64,000 nt of DNA from Candidatus Woesearchaeota archaeon (GCA_035363095.1 DAOSEK010000001.1:82473-146472), one strand, 5' to 3'. Counted from the stretch's first letter, positions 29,221-39,295 are shown. Notes: generated from the letters alone by a model not told the origin. Program-made: numbers and translations.

Positions 29221-29859
29221 TTATTCTTCTTGGATTTGTTCAGCCCTTTGTTTTTCAATTAGAATTTCTGCGATATCACAGGGTAATGAGGCAATGTCAT
29301 CTTCTCTGAAAGGGCCTATCATTTCTCCAGAGTTATCTACGAACTGAGGAACGGGAAGCTTAAATCTTACTAGCAAAAGCCCTTTTTTGCATTCGGTTTT
29401 TGTTGGCTCTTCTTTTTTAGATTCTAATATCGAGATGTCAGGCTTTTCAAATACAAAAAGCTTATCTAAAACTGCTCTTTTATAGCTTGAGTAAAATTCT
29501 TCTAATGCGTTATATAGTACTTTTTCTTCGGAAAGCATAAGCCTTAGGTCTGTACCCTTTTGGCCTGTTCTAACAGATAGAAATGCTAGGTCTGTTATTT
29601 TTTGCGCTCTTTTTTCAAGTATGTCTTTTACAAGGTTTTTTATGTTTGTTATCTCTTTTAGCTTTTTTTGCCTTTCAACTGAGAATATTAGGTCGTCAGT
29701 TTTGAATTGTGTTAGAGATTTTTGCTTTTCTTTAAGATATCCTAAGAGGTCCTCAAAAAAGCTTGAGTCTATCTCTTGGAGCTCTCCAGATTTTTTCTCT
29801 TTTAATAAGAGATTATAGAGTGTTTCGAATGTGATGTTTATTTTGGTTTTTTCTTCCAT
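29221..29859 (-). CDS. GINS complex subunit (Gins51-like: A-domain then B-domain)
   Basis: N-terminal FETLYNLLLKEKKSGELQEIDSSFFEDL is GINS A-domain-like. C-terminal LLLVRFKLPVPQFVDNSGEMIGPF..DIASLPCDIAEILI is B-domain-like. It overlaps the helicase fragment start by 4 nt. Confidence 0.45.
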   Translation of the reverse strand: MEEKTKINITFETLYNLLLKEKKSGELQEIDSSFFEDLLGYLKEKQKSLTQFKTDDLIFSVERQKKLKEITNIKNLVKDILEKRAQKITDLAFLSVRTGQKGTDLRLMLSEEKVLYNALEEFYSSYKRAVLDKLFVFEKPDISILESKKEEPTKTECKKGLLLVRFKLPVPQFVDNSGEMIGPFREDDIASLPCDIAEILIEKQRAEQIQEE

Positions 29860-30093
29860 TAGGATTATAGTATAGTTGTTTTGTTTATAATGTTTTTTGA
29901 ATTAGAGAGATTAATTTAACAGATTGAACTTTATTTAAATGGCTAATCGTAAGCAGAAAAGATTTTTTTCATTTTATGCAATCTTATATGTAATCTCATA
30001 TTAAATATTTTTAATGAAATACGCTACTTTCCAATAGTAACAAAAGAAAACTTTATAAATTACTTCGAGTTACATCCGCTAAGGTGATATTTT

Positions 30094-30810
30094 ATGGATA
30101 TTAGAGAGTTGTATAAGGATACGGCTGGAACAGAAACTGAATTTGATGGATATGATTGCGAAAAAGTATATCGTAAAGGTACAACAGATCGCTATGAGGT
30201 TATGCAAATTGGACCAAAAACAAAATTTTTGCGTTGTGAAGGAGTTGACAGGATTGGTAAGGTATATAGGATTACTACTTCAGACCGTTCTGATAAAGTT
30301 AAAGCGATTGAAATCGAACCCACGGAAGATCTCTTAAAGCTACTTGAAATGATGCATTATTTATGCGATGATGATGACGAAGTATTTGGTGTAGTAAAAC
30401 GCAGGATAAATACATCGGATATACGTAAGTGGTTAGGAGCATATAATAGGTTTGAAGCCTCATTTTATGGTAAGCCATTTGCTGGACTTGATGACCCTTT
30501 AGAGTGTTCGCATGGTAATTTTTACTTGGGTGAGAATGGTATTGCCTACGCTGTTGACGAAAATAATAAACCGAAGCAATATGATGAAAAAGTTTTCCTC
30601 CCCATAGAAGTTGATAAAATACCATATTTGATTCAAAGTATTCCAGATGGAAATGACAAGAAAAAACCTGAAGTGTATAAAATTATGAGGACACTTGAGC
30701 AACCAGAACACCTCGAATTAGAAATAGGAAAAGGAAAAATTGTTCAGGGTGTAAAGATTTCTGAACGTGACTTGGTTGATTTAGTGCTATTTGAATTTAA
30801 CAAAAGATAA
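30094..30810 (+). CDS. Hypothetical acidic protein in a compositionally atypical segment
   Basis: 238 aa. It uses CGT/CGC Arg codons and has higher G+C than its neighbours. It is flanked by 230-nt and 460-nt AT-rich non-coding DNA. Confidence 0.4.
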   Translation: MDIRELYKDTAGTETEFDGYDCEKVYRKGTTDRYEVMQIGPKTKFLRCEGVDRIGKVYRITTSDRSDKVKAIEIEPTEDLLKLLEMMHYLCDDDDEVFGVVKRRINTSDIRKWLGAYNRFEASFYGKPFAGLDDPLECSHGNFYLGENGIAYAVDENNKPKQYDEKVFLPIEVDKIPYLIQSIPDGNDKKKPEVYKIMRTLEQPEHLELEIGKGKIVQGVKISERDLVDLVLFEFNKR

Positions 30811-30829
30811 ATCCTTAACTACACGATCT

Positions 30830-31270
30830 GATCCGTGTTTTTATTTTTCTTGTTTAATTCTTTTTTTTATTTTAAATTTTTTAATTACTTTTTTTAAAGA
30901 TTATGTCAGGTAATATCTGTTTTTATAATGGTCTGATTTAAGCGGTATTTGATTAGTATTGAATCTATATATGATTAAAAGGAATTTAATTGCAAGAAAT
31001 CTAAAACTTTATTTATGAGAACTTAAAAAAAGAAAACGCTAAATGGGCTTAAGAGAAAGATTATTATAAATGTTTTTCCCAGTTAAATATCTCTTTTAAA
31101 TGTTTTTTTTTCTAATATTTCTTTTCTCTTTAAATTTTCTTACCTTAAGCTCTTTTTTCCTTAAGGCTTTTCTATTTAAATCCGTTTACCTTTTGACTAT
31201 TTTTCTCTTCGAGCTATTTTCCTTTCAGCTCTGTTATCTTTAAGCTCTTTTCTCAGTAGGTTTTTTCTTC
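30830..31270. repeat. Degenerate tandem repeat tract with an approximately 16-17 nt period (CTCTTTTYYCYTTAAGG-like)
   Basis: About 10 successive units, for example ctcttttttccttaaggc, ctcttttctcagtagg and tattttcctttcagc. No ORF is present. It lies in the convergent gap before the thrS 3' end. Confidence 0.4.
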
Positions 31271-33172
31271 CTACATCTTTTTTTGTTTTATTTCATCTAA
31301 AAGCATTTTTGTGAAATCACTTAGTAAAACGCTTCCCATCACTTTGTTTTCGTATGTATTTCGAATATTAACCATTTTGTTTTTTTGCTCTTCTTCACCT
31401 ACGATTAATAGATATTTTATCCTTTGAAGATGGCTTTCTCTAATCTTTTTTCCTATTGTTTCAGAGCGAATATCTTTTTCAACCCTTATTTTGTTGTTGA
31501 AAAGCTCAGTATAGACTTTTTCTGCATAATCATTAAAGCTTTCTGAAACAGAGATTACTTTAACCTGAGTTGGGGCAAGCCACATTGGGAATTTGCCTGC
31601 AAAATGCTCTGTTATTATTCCGATAAATCTTTCAAGGCTTCCATAAATAACGCGGTGTATCATTATAGGTCTATGATTTTCGGTCCCATCTTCTCCCATG
31701 TATTTTAAATCAAACCTTTCAGGCATTGAAAAGTCTACTTGCACCGTAGCGCATTGCCAGGTTCGTTTAAGGGAATCAAATACGTGGAAATCTATCTTTG
31801 GACCGTAGAACGCTCCGTCCCCCTCGTTTATTTTATAAGGGGTTTTTAATTTATCCAATGCATTCATAAGAGCTTTTGTTGCTTTATCCCAAGCTTCATC
31901 GCTTCCTATTGAGTTTTTTGGCCTTGTAGAAACCTCTACTTTATATTCAAAACCAAAGGTTTTATAGAATTTGTCCACTAAATTTATTACTCCTATTACT
32001 TCGTTTTCTAGCTGAGTGGGTGTTACAAATAGATGAGCATCGTCTTGGTTAAAGCACCTTACTCTAAAAAGCCCATTTAAAACCCCGCTTAGTTCGTGTC
32101 TATGGACTAGCCCTACCTCTGCAATTCTTAGTGGGAATTCTTTATATGAATGTTTTTTTCCTGAATAAACTAAGATTCCTCCAGGGCAGTTCATTGGCTT
32201 TACTGCGTAATCAGCATCATCAATTTTAGTAAAATACATATTGTTTTTGTAATGATCCCAATGACCTGATTTTTCCCAAAGGGCTCTTGAAAGTATTATT
32301 GGGGTTTTTATTTCCTGATATCCTGCAATTCTATGTTCTTCTCTCCAAAACTCCATTAAGGCATTCCAAAGCAATACTCCTTTGGGCAAAAAAAAGGGAA
32401 ATCCTGGCCCTTCTTCTTTTATGTCGAAAAGCTCCATTTCTATGCCTATTTTTTTGTGGTCCCTTTTTTTTGCCTCTTCTATAAGTGCGAGGTATTCTTT
32501 TAAGAGCTTTTCTTCAGGAAAAGATATCCCATAAATTCTTGTAAGCATTGGATTTGCACAATCTCCCTTCCAATATGCGCCTGCAAGTTTTGTGAGTTTT
32601 ATGGCTTTAACAAAGCCTGTTGAGGGCAGGTGAGGTCCCCTACATATTTCGACATAGTCTCCTTGGGTGTATATTGAGATTTTTTTGTCTTCAATTTCGT
32701 TTAGGATCTCAAGTTTGTATTTTTCTTCTTTAAAGAGCTTTGAAAGCTCTTTTTTGTCAAGATGTTGATGGATAATTTCTAGGTTTTCTGAGACTATTTT
32801 TTGCATCTCTTTTTCGATTTTTAAGAAATCTTCTTCACTAATTTTAAGGTTGTCAAAATCATAATAGAATCCTTCTTCAATTGATGGTCCTATTGCTGGG
32901 AGTGCATTGGGATAAAGCCTTTTTACTGCTTGAGCGAGTATGTGAGATGAGGTGTGCCAAAATGCCTTTTTAGCTAAGGGGTCGTTGGAATCTAAGAAGA
33001 TTAGGGTACCATCTTGTTCAAGTGGTTTTTTTAGGTCTATTAGTTCATTGTTAAATTTTGCGCATATGAATTTTTTTGAGAATTTTTCTCCTATGCCCAT
33101 TGCAATTTCTATTGGGCTTATTCCTTTTGGGTATTTCTTGATTGAATCATCTGGGAATTTTATTGATATCAT
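31271..33172 (-). CDS. thrS: Threonyl-tRNA synthetase
   Basis: 633 aa with an N-terminal TGS domain, a class II catalytic core (motif 2/3 region FRVRCFNQDDAHLF) and a C-terminal anticodon-binding domain. Confidence 0.9.
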   Translation of the reverse strand: MISIKFPDDSIKKYPKGISPIEIAMGIGEKFSKKFICAKFNNELIDLKKPLEQDGTLIFLDSNDPLAKKAFWHTSSHILAQAVKRLYPNALPAIGPSIEEGFYYDFDNLKISEEDFLKIEKEMQKIVSENLEIIHQHLDKKELSKLFKEEKYKLEILNEIEDKKISIYTQGDYVEICRGPHLPSTGFVKAIKLTKLAGAYWKGDCANPMLTRIYGISFPEEKLLKEYLALIEEAKKRDHKKIGIEMELFDIKEEGPGFPFFLPKGVLLWNALMEFWREEHRIAGYQEIKTPIILSRALWEKSGHWDHYKNNMYFTKIDDADYAVKPMNCPGGILVYSGKKHSYKEFPLRIAEVGLVHRHELSGVLNGLFRVRCFNQDDAHLFVTPTQLENEVIGVINLVDKFYKTFGFEYKVEVSTRPKNSIGSDEAWDKATKALMNALDKLKTPYKINEGDGAFYGPKIDFHVFDSLKRTWQCATVQVDFSMPERFDLKYMGEDGTENHRPIMIHRVIYGSLERFIGIITEHFAGKFPMWLAPTQVKVISVSESFNDYAEKVYTELFNNKIRVEKDIRSETIGKKIRESHLQRIKYLLIVGEEEQKNKMVNIRNTYENKVMGSVLLSDFTKMLLDEIKQKKM

Positions 33173-33825
33173 TTTTATGCCTCCGGTTTTTGTATCTTTT
33201 TTGTTTTTTTATTGGGTTTTTATTAAATAGTTTTTGTTGAAATCTCGTTTTGTATTATCTGTGTTATTTGTATTAAATTTAGATTATTTATTTTTGTTTC
33301 CTTTGTTTATTTTATTTACTTTATTTATTTTATTTATTTTTAGGTTTATTGCTTTTTGTTTAAATAGCTATCGCAATAAGAAATATAAGGACAAGACATC
33401 CTACTCGGTGCCATTATCGCGCATTTTGAGTAGGTGTTAAGTCAAGCGAATTAGTTTGTGCTTAATTGAGAAGAAAACGTGTGTGTATTTGTGAAACGCT
33501 TATATACACTTTGTTATTTAGATCAAGGTTAAATTGTATCATTTTTAGGTTGTTTGTTAATGGAATTTATAAATTTTTTGTATGAGCGTATGATATTTTT
33601 TAGAAGGCGTTTAGGGGCTTTTTTAAAGTGACTTTAAAGTGACTTTTTAAAATTCTAGTAATTATCTAAGGATTTATCAAAAGATTTAAAAAGAATAAAG
33701 AGAAATGGATTATGTAAGCGATGTAAAGAAGTTCAAATTAATTTGATTGGCATGTTGAAGTTGCGTTTTAAGATGTTTATTTTTATTGATTGAGTTTATT
33801 TATGGTTTTCAGATAAGGTGGTAAT

Positions 33826-33999
33826 ATGAAAAAAAAGGGAAGGGATATTGGACCAATGGCGTTTGTGGTGATTGGTGGTATTGTTGGAGCTTCATCGATT
33901 ATATTTAATTTGATTACAGGCACTTGGAAGTTTACACTTTTTATAATTGCAGGGTTTGCTTTGATGATATATGGATTTGTAAGAAATAGGGAAAACTAA
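33826..33999 (+). CDS. Small two-TM membrane protein (57 aa), not in the ORF track
   Basis: ATG is preceded by AAGGTGG. The translation is MKKKGRDIGPMAFVVIGGIVGASSIIFNLITGTWKFTLFIIAGFALMIYGFVRNREN. The ORF is in frame and ends TAA. Confidence 0.3.
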   Translation: MKKKGRDIGPMAFVVIGGIVGASSIIFNLITGTWKFTLFIIAGFALMIYGFVRNREN

Positions 34000-35153
34000 A
34001 GTTTGTGCTGTTTTTCTTTTTTTGCTTTTGGCAAGAGATATGTTGTTTTGCCCTCGGAGCCACCAGCGATTTTGTCTGTGGAGATAAAATTGTCTTTTTC
34101 TAGTTTTTTAATTATTCTCTGAAATGTTTTGTAGGTCCCTTGACCACCTGATTCTGAAAAGAGTTTGTATGCGTCTCCTATTTTAATTTTTGTGTTTTCT
34201 TTGATTATCTCCATTATTTTTTTGTCAGAGTCTGTTAATGAATCTATTGGTTTTAGAAAAAATTGCTTTCTTAAATCTATTGCAGTTAATATGTCAGTTT
34301 CTTCAACTATTCTACTTGATCTTTTTTCAGCGATATTACCTGCTTGAAGCAAAAGAAATAATGCATATCTTATATCTTCTTGCAAGAATGTTTTTTCAGA
34401 TACTATTTTGATTGCGTTATCATTCCAAACTCCCTGATTGAATGCAAGTTCAATTCTTCTTTTTATTATTCCCAGTACTTCGCTAGGGGTATATTTTCTG
34501 AATTCTAAGATATCAAGGTTAAGTCTTGAGCTTATTCGCATGTCAAGATTTATGCTCCATTCTTTAAAATTTGTTACAAGAAGTATTGTCTTTTTGTATA
34601 TTTCTTCTAAAACGTAGTAAAGATAGTCTGTATCTTCGCATCTGTCAACTTCATCAAAGACAAATACTGCACTTGATTTGTTTATTATTTTTTTTGCTAC
34701 TTCAAATAATTCTTCAGTGTTTTTGTTGTGAGTGAATTGGTAGCCTATCTGCTTACAGATTTCATTCATTATTTTAAATGATGTGTTTTTCTGCCAACAA
34801 TTTATGTATATTGGATAGATATCATCTGTTTTTTCTGATAATTCTTCTATTATCTTTTTTACAGCAAGACTTTTTCCTATTCCTGCCCCGCCAAATATGA
34901 GAAGATTTCTTCCATTTCTTTGCATGAACAAAGGTTTTATACAATCTGCTATGTAGTGCTGTTCGTTTTCACGATAGGGTATTTCTTTAGGTGTATAGTC
35001 AAATTCTAATGCTATTGGATTTTTGAATATACTTTCATCGCTTTTTAGGATATCATCAAATAAGCTCATATTAAAATCAAAGTTTTTTTTTGGGTTTAAA
35101 AATCTTTTTGATTTTGCAACTCCATTTTTTGCATATTTTGAGTTTATAACCAA
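33996..35153 (-). CDS. cdc6: Orc1/Cdc6 replication initiator
   Basis: AAA+ Walker A GGAGIGKS and Walker B VFVFDEVD, with a C-terminal winged helix. Confidence 0.85.
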   Translation of the reverse strand: MVINSKYAKNGVAKSKRFLNPKKNFDFNMSLFDDILKSDESIFKNPIALEFDYTPKEIPYRENEQHYIADCIKPLFMQRNGRNLLIFGGAGIGKSLAVKKIIEELSEKTDDIYPIYINCWQKNTSFKIMNEICKQIGYQFTHNKNTEELFEVAKKIINKSSAVFVFDEVDRCEDTDYLYYVLEEIYKKTILLVTNFKEWSINLDMRISSRLNLDILEFRKYTPSEVLGIIKRRIELAFNQGVWNDNAIKIVSEKTFLQEDIRYALFLLLQAGNIAEKRSSRIVEETDILTAIDLRKQFFLKPIDSLTDSDKKIMEIIKENTKIKIGDAYKLFSESGGQGTYKTFQRIIKKLEKDNFISTDKIAGGSEGKTTYLLPKAKKEKQHKL

Positions 35154-35162
35154 AACTTTAAA

Positions 35163-35345
35163 GCCAAAGTATGAGAATGAGCTGGATTTTATGAAATGAA
35201 AAACCTTGGCGTAACTTCCAAAATATCTCGCAAATAGTTGAGGTTAAATGTTGAGGTTAAATGTTATGTGAATCCATATCTTCAAACTTTAGAACCCAAG
35301 ACCAAGCCTAAAGACCAAAGTATGAGAATGAGCTGGATTTTAGGA
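35163..35345. repeat. Modular repeat copy upstream of cdc6: two direct K-box/palindrome-variant units flanking a tandem GTTGAGGTTAAAT x2
   Basis: GCCAAAGTATGAGAATGAGCTGGATTTTATGAAATG occurs at 35163. GACCAAAGTATGAGAATGAGCTGGATTTTAGG occurs at 35313. The internal sequence is homologous to the reverse complement of 42480..42635. Confidence 0.7.
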
Positions 35346-35440
35346 AAACGATAAATGAGAGGGATGATTTTCACTAAAACACAATGTTTATAAAAAATTT
35401 AGATTTTTCATTTGGATAACTAGAACATAAAGGTGAGATA

Positions 35441-38050
35441 ATGAAATATGTGTATTCCTTTGATGAAGGAAATAAGGGTATGAGAGAGATTTTAGGTGGG
35501 AAAGGAGCTAATTTGTCAGAGATGGTTAGTTTAGGGATTAATGTTCCTTTTGGATTTACAATTGGAACTCAGGCTTGTAGTAGATTTTATGAAGATGGAA
35601 AGGTAATCTCTAAAGAAATTAAAAAGGAAATTGAAGAAAAGCTTAATGAAGTAGAGCAAAAAGCTGGAAAAAAACTTGGAGACCCTAGTGACCCTTTGCT
35701 TGTTTCTGTGAGGTCTGGTGCGGCTGTTTCAATGCCTGGCATGATGGATACTATTCTAAATTTGGGGCTTAATGATGAGTCTGTTGAAGGGTTATCTAAA
35801 AAGACTCAAAATGAAAGGTTTGCATATGATTCTTATAGAAGATTTATTCATATGTTTTCAGATGTTGTGATGAAAGTAGAACATTTTAGGTTTGAAAAAA
35901 TCCTAGAGGAGATTAAAGATAAGAATAATGCAAAATACGATTCTGAGCTTGATTCAAATATGCTTAAAGAGGTTGTTTTAAGGTATAAAGAGCTTGTGAA
36001 AAAAGAGGCAGGTCGTTTATTTCCACAAGACCCTAAAGAACAATTATATATGGCAATTGGTGCAGTGTTTGAGTCTTGGAACAATCAAAGAGCAATTGAG
36101 TATAGAAGAATTAATTCTATCAAGGCTTTGATCGGAACTGCTGTCACTGTTCAGATGATGGTGTTTGGTAATATGGGCAATAGTTCAGGGACAGGTGTTT
36201 GCTTTACAAGGGACCCATCAACAGGTGAAAAGAGATTCTTTGGGGAATATCTTACTAACGCACAAGGAGAAGATGTGGTTGCAGGGATAAGAACGCCAAA
36301 ACCGATTACTGAACTTGAAAAGGAAATGCCCAAGGTGTATGAAGAACTTTGTAGTATCAAGGACCGTTTAGAAACACACTACAAGGATATGCAAGATATT
36401 GAGTTTACAATTCAAGAAGGCAGGCTTTTTATGCTTCAGACTAGAAATGGAAAGAGAACTTCACAAGCTGAAGTAAGGATTGCAATTGATCTGTTTGAAG
36501 AGGGAATAATTGATAAAAAGACTGCAGTTTTGAGGGTTAATCCAAAGTCAATCAATCAATTACTTCATAGAAAATTGGATCCTTTAGATAAGGAAAAAAA
36601 TCAGGTAATAGCAACAGGACTTCCTGCATCGCCAGGTGCGGGGGTTGGAAAGCTTGTATTTGATCCTAAAGAGGCTGCGGAGTTAAAAGAGAAAGGAGAA
36701 AAGGTGATTTTAGCAAGGATGGAAACTAGTCCCGAGGATATAATTGGGATGAATGCTTCTGAAGGGATTTTAACTCAAAGAGGTGGAATGACTTCTCATG
36801 CTGCAGTTGTTGCAAGAGGTATGGGAAAGTGCGCTGTTGTTGGATGCTCAAGCTTAAATATTGATGAGGAAAAAAAGATTATTGAGATTAGTGGAACAAA
36901 AATTTTGAAGGGTGAATATATAACACTTGACGGATCAACAGGAGAGGTTTTTAAGGGAAAGATAAATACTGTTGAACCAGAGATATCAGGATATTTTGCA
37001 AAGATTATGAGTTTTGCAGATGAGTTTAGAAAACTTGGGGTTAGGACTAATGCTGATACTCCAAAGGATGCAAAGAAAGCAAGGGAATATGGGGCAGAAG
37101 GGATTGGTCTTTGCAGAACTGAGCATATGTTTTTTGATGGTGAAAGGATTAAGTCTATTAGAAAAATGATTCTTTCTGAAAGTCTTGAAGAAAGGGAATC
37201 AGCATTATCTGAACTTTTGCCAATGCAACGCCAAGATTTTGTTGAGCTTTATGAAGCTATGAAAGGATATCCTGTGACAATTAGGCTTTTAGACCCTCCT
37301 CTTCATGAGTTTTTGCCACCTGAATCTGAGGTTGAAAAGACTGCTAAAAAGTTTGGAATTGATAAAGAAAAGCTTAGGGAAAAGATGCACAGTCTTAAAG
37401 AAACAAACCCGATGCTTGGTCATAGGGGGTGTAGGCTTTGTATCACTTATCCTGAGATTTGTGTGATGCAGACAAAAGCAATAATTGAAGCAGCGTGCAT
37501 TGTTAAGGATAAAGGATTGGATGTTGAGCCTGAGATTATGGTTCCTTTGGTTGCTGATGTAAGGGAGCTTATCTTACTAAAAAAGATTATTATAGATACT
37601 GCTGATAAAGTTATTAAAGAAAAGGGCGTTAATCTTAAGTATAAAATAGGAACGATGATAGAGGTCCCAAGAGCTGCGCTAACTGCTGATGAGATTGCAA
37701 AAGAGGCTGAGTTTTTCTCTTTTGGAACAAATGATTTAACACAGATGAGTTTTGGTTTTTCAAGGGATGATATAGGCAAGTTTTTGCCTGAATATCTCAA
37801 AAAAGATGTTTTAGAGTCTGACCCTTTTCAAACTATTGACCAAACAGGTGTGGGCAAGCTTATTAAGATGACGGTTGAACTGGGAAGGGCTAGTCGCAAG
37901 GATTTAAAGATTGGTATATGCGGCGAGCAGGGAGGAGAACCGGATTCAGTTGAGTTTTGCCATAAATCAGGCTTGAACTATGTTAGCTGCTCGCCGTTTA
38001 GGGTTCCTGTTGCAAGGCTTGCAAGCGCACATGCAGCTTTAAAGGATTAA
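35441..38050 (+). CDS. ppdK: Pyruvate, phosphate dikinase
   Basis: 869 aa with an N-terminal ATP-grasp, a central phospho-His domain (GGMTSHAAVVARGMGK) and a C-terminal PEP-utilising TIM barrel (CGEQGG). Confidence 0.9.
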   Translation: MKYVYSFDEGNKGMREILGGKGANLSEMVSLGINVPFGFTIGTQACSRFYEDGKVISKEIKKEIEEKLNEVEQKAGKKLGDPSDPLLVSVRSGAAVSMPGMMDTILNLGLNDESVEGLSKKTQNERFAYDSYRRFIHMFSDVVMKVEHFRFEKILEEIKDKNNAKYDSELDSNMLKEVVLRYKELVKKEAGRLFPQDPKEQLYMAIGAVFESWNNQRAIEYRRINSIKALIGTAVTVQMMVFGNMGNSSGTGVCFTRDPSTGEKRFFGEYLTNAQGEDVVAGIRTPKPITELEKEMPKVYEELCSIKDRLETHYKDMQDIEFTIQEGRLFMLQTRNGKRTSQAEVRIAIDLFEEGIIDKKTAVLRVNPKSINQLLHRKLDPLDKEKNQVIATGLPASPGAGVGKLVFDPKEAAELKEKGEKVILARMETSPEDIIGMNASEGILTQRGGMTSHAAVVARGMGKCAVVGCSSLNIDEEKKIIEISGTKILKGEYITLDGSTGEVFKGKINTVEPEISGYFAKIMSFADEFRKLGVRTNADTPKDAKKAREYGAEGIGLCRTEHMFFDGERIKSIRKMILSESLEERESALSELLPMQRQDFVELYEAMKGYPVTIRLLDPPLHEFLPPESEVEKTAKKFGIDKEKLREKMHSLKETNPMLGHRGCRLCITYPEICVMQTKAIIEAACIVKDKGLDVEPEIMVPLVADVRELILLKKIIIDTADKVIKEKGVNLKYKIGTMIEVPRAALTADEIAKEAEFFSFGTNDLTQMSFGFSRDDIGKFLPEYLKKDVLESDPFQTIDQTGVGKLIKMTVELGRASRKDLKIGICGEQGGEPDSVEFCHKSGLNYVSCSPFRVPVARLASAHAALKD

Positions 38051-38279
38051 GTTTTTTTTTATTTTATAATTTCTTTTTTAAGAATTATTTTTCTTTTTTT
38101 TGGTAAAATTTAAGAGATTAGAGATGCGCAATGTTACTAATGTACGATGTTAAAATAGACATGAAATGAGAGAAAGAATAAGATTATTTTTTTGTTTTTG
38201 TAATTGCTAATGATTTTTTTTACTTGTTATTTCTTATCATTTTTTTAATCGCTAAATTAAATGAAGGTTCTTTAAAAAG

Positions 38280-38825
38280 CTATATTGAGTTTGCGGGATT
38301 TAGTATTGAAATGTACCAACTTTCATCAAGAATTTCTATTCCGTCAGTATCGTGTACTTTGTAATGCAATTTAATAATATGATTTCCAAAAGGCCATAAA
38401 GGAATGGACTTTTGGAATTGAGGTATGTTAATATCATACAGATTTCTTATTGATGCGTATTTTTCTGAGAGAAACTGCTCGAAAAGGTATTTTATTTCTC
38501 TGGAAGTATAACTTGACAACTCAGGGATATCAAAAGCCTGAGAAAAACAGGAATCTATTGTTTCTTTTGCGTTATCTTTGACTTCAAATATAAGAGCGCA
38601 TTTTTCAGATGCATGAGGAGAATTGTGAGTGTGAGTGCGATTGTAAATGTTTGCGATGATTTGCTCACACACTAGGGTTGCTATTTTGTATTCTGAAAAA
38701 GTGGTGTCTTTGAATAAATTCTCTTCTTTGAGGATACGGCCTAAGTTAAGCTCGACTGTTTTGTTGAAGTCTGTATAGTCATACTTGCTTAGTTTTTTAA
38801 TGCATTCTTCTGCCATTGTAATCAA
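38280..38825 (-). CDS. Hypothetical protein
   Basis: 181 aa ORF with no recognisable motif. Confidence 0.35.
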   Translation of the reverse strand: MITMAEECIKKLSKYDYTDFNKTVELNLGRILKEENLFKDTTFSEYKIATLVCEQIIANIYNRTHTHNSPHASEKCALIFEVKDNAKETIDSCFSQAFDIPELSSYTSREIKYLFEQFLSEKYASIRNLYDINIPQFQKSIPLWPFGNHIIKLHYKVHDTDGIEILDESWYISILNPANSI

Positions 38826-39058
38826 TCCTCATTTTTTTCTAGGTTTTTTGGTAGGGGCATTTTAGGTTAATAAGGCTTTTGAAACATTGGTATATATTCA
38901 AAATCATGACGGTTTAAGGATAGAGTTTAAAGTAGAATACAAAAGAAGTATAATACAAAAAGTGATGATTTTTCAGAAACATTTGTATTCGGAATCAGAC
39001 ACAAATCAGAACAATGTAAGAATTAAAAATAAAAAAACAAAATATAGAATAAAAGGAT

Positions 39059-39295
39059 TTATCTTCTTTTTCTTCCTCTTGCCATCTTGGCTTGAGCGAC
39101 ATCTCCGTCTTTATCTATAAAATAGAGGAATCCAGTCTCTTTTTTAACACCTGGTTTTGCTACAACTTCTGCTTTTCCTCTTTTGACATTTTTGCCTCTA
39201 GCCATTGGCACTCTGGCAACGTCGCCGTTCTTGTTTACAAAATATAAAAATCCTTTTTCTTTCTTTACTCCTACTCTAGCTACTTTCTTTGCCAT
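39059..39295 (-). CDS. Small basic protein made of two tandem approximately 35-aa repeats (KGFLYFVNKNGDVARVPMARG x2)
   Basis: 78 aa, Lys/Arg-rich, with an internal duplication evident at the protein level. It is a candidate nucleic-acid-binding or chromatin protein. Confidence 0.45.
   Translation of the reverse strand: MAKKVARVGVKKEKGFLYFVNKNGDVARVPMARGKNVKRGKAEVVAKPGVKKETGFLYFIDKDGDVAQAKMARGRKRR

Noticed and set aside
30830-31270. Possible CRISPR array
   Set aside because: The units are short (about 16 nt) and degenerate, with no regular repeat-spacer periodicity and no cas genes in the window. No CRISPR array was found elsewhere in the window either.
35154-35440. K-box/palindrome units as bona fide Orc1 origin-recognition boxes
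   Set aside because: It is not accepted as a feature call. The identical units occur at 9 or more other intergenic sites, and the dyad does not match the conserved ORB core. It is kept only as a hypothesis in the findings.
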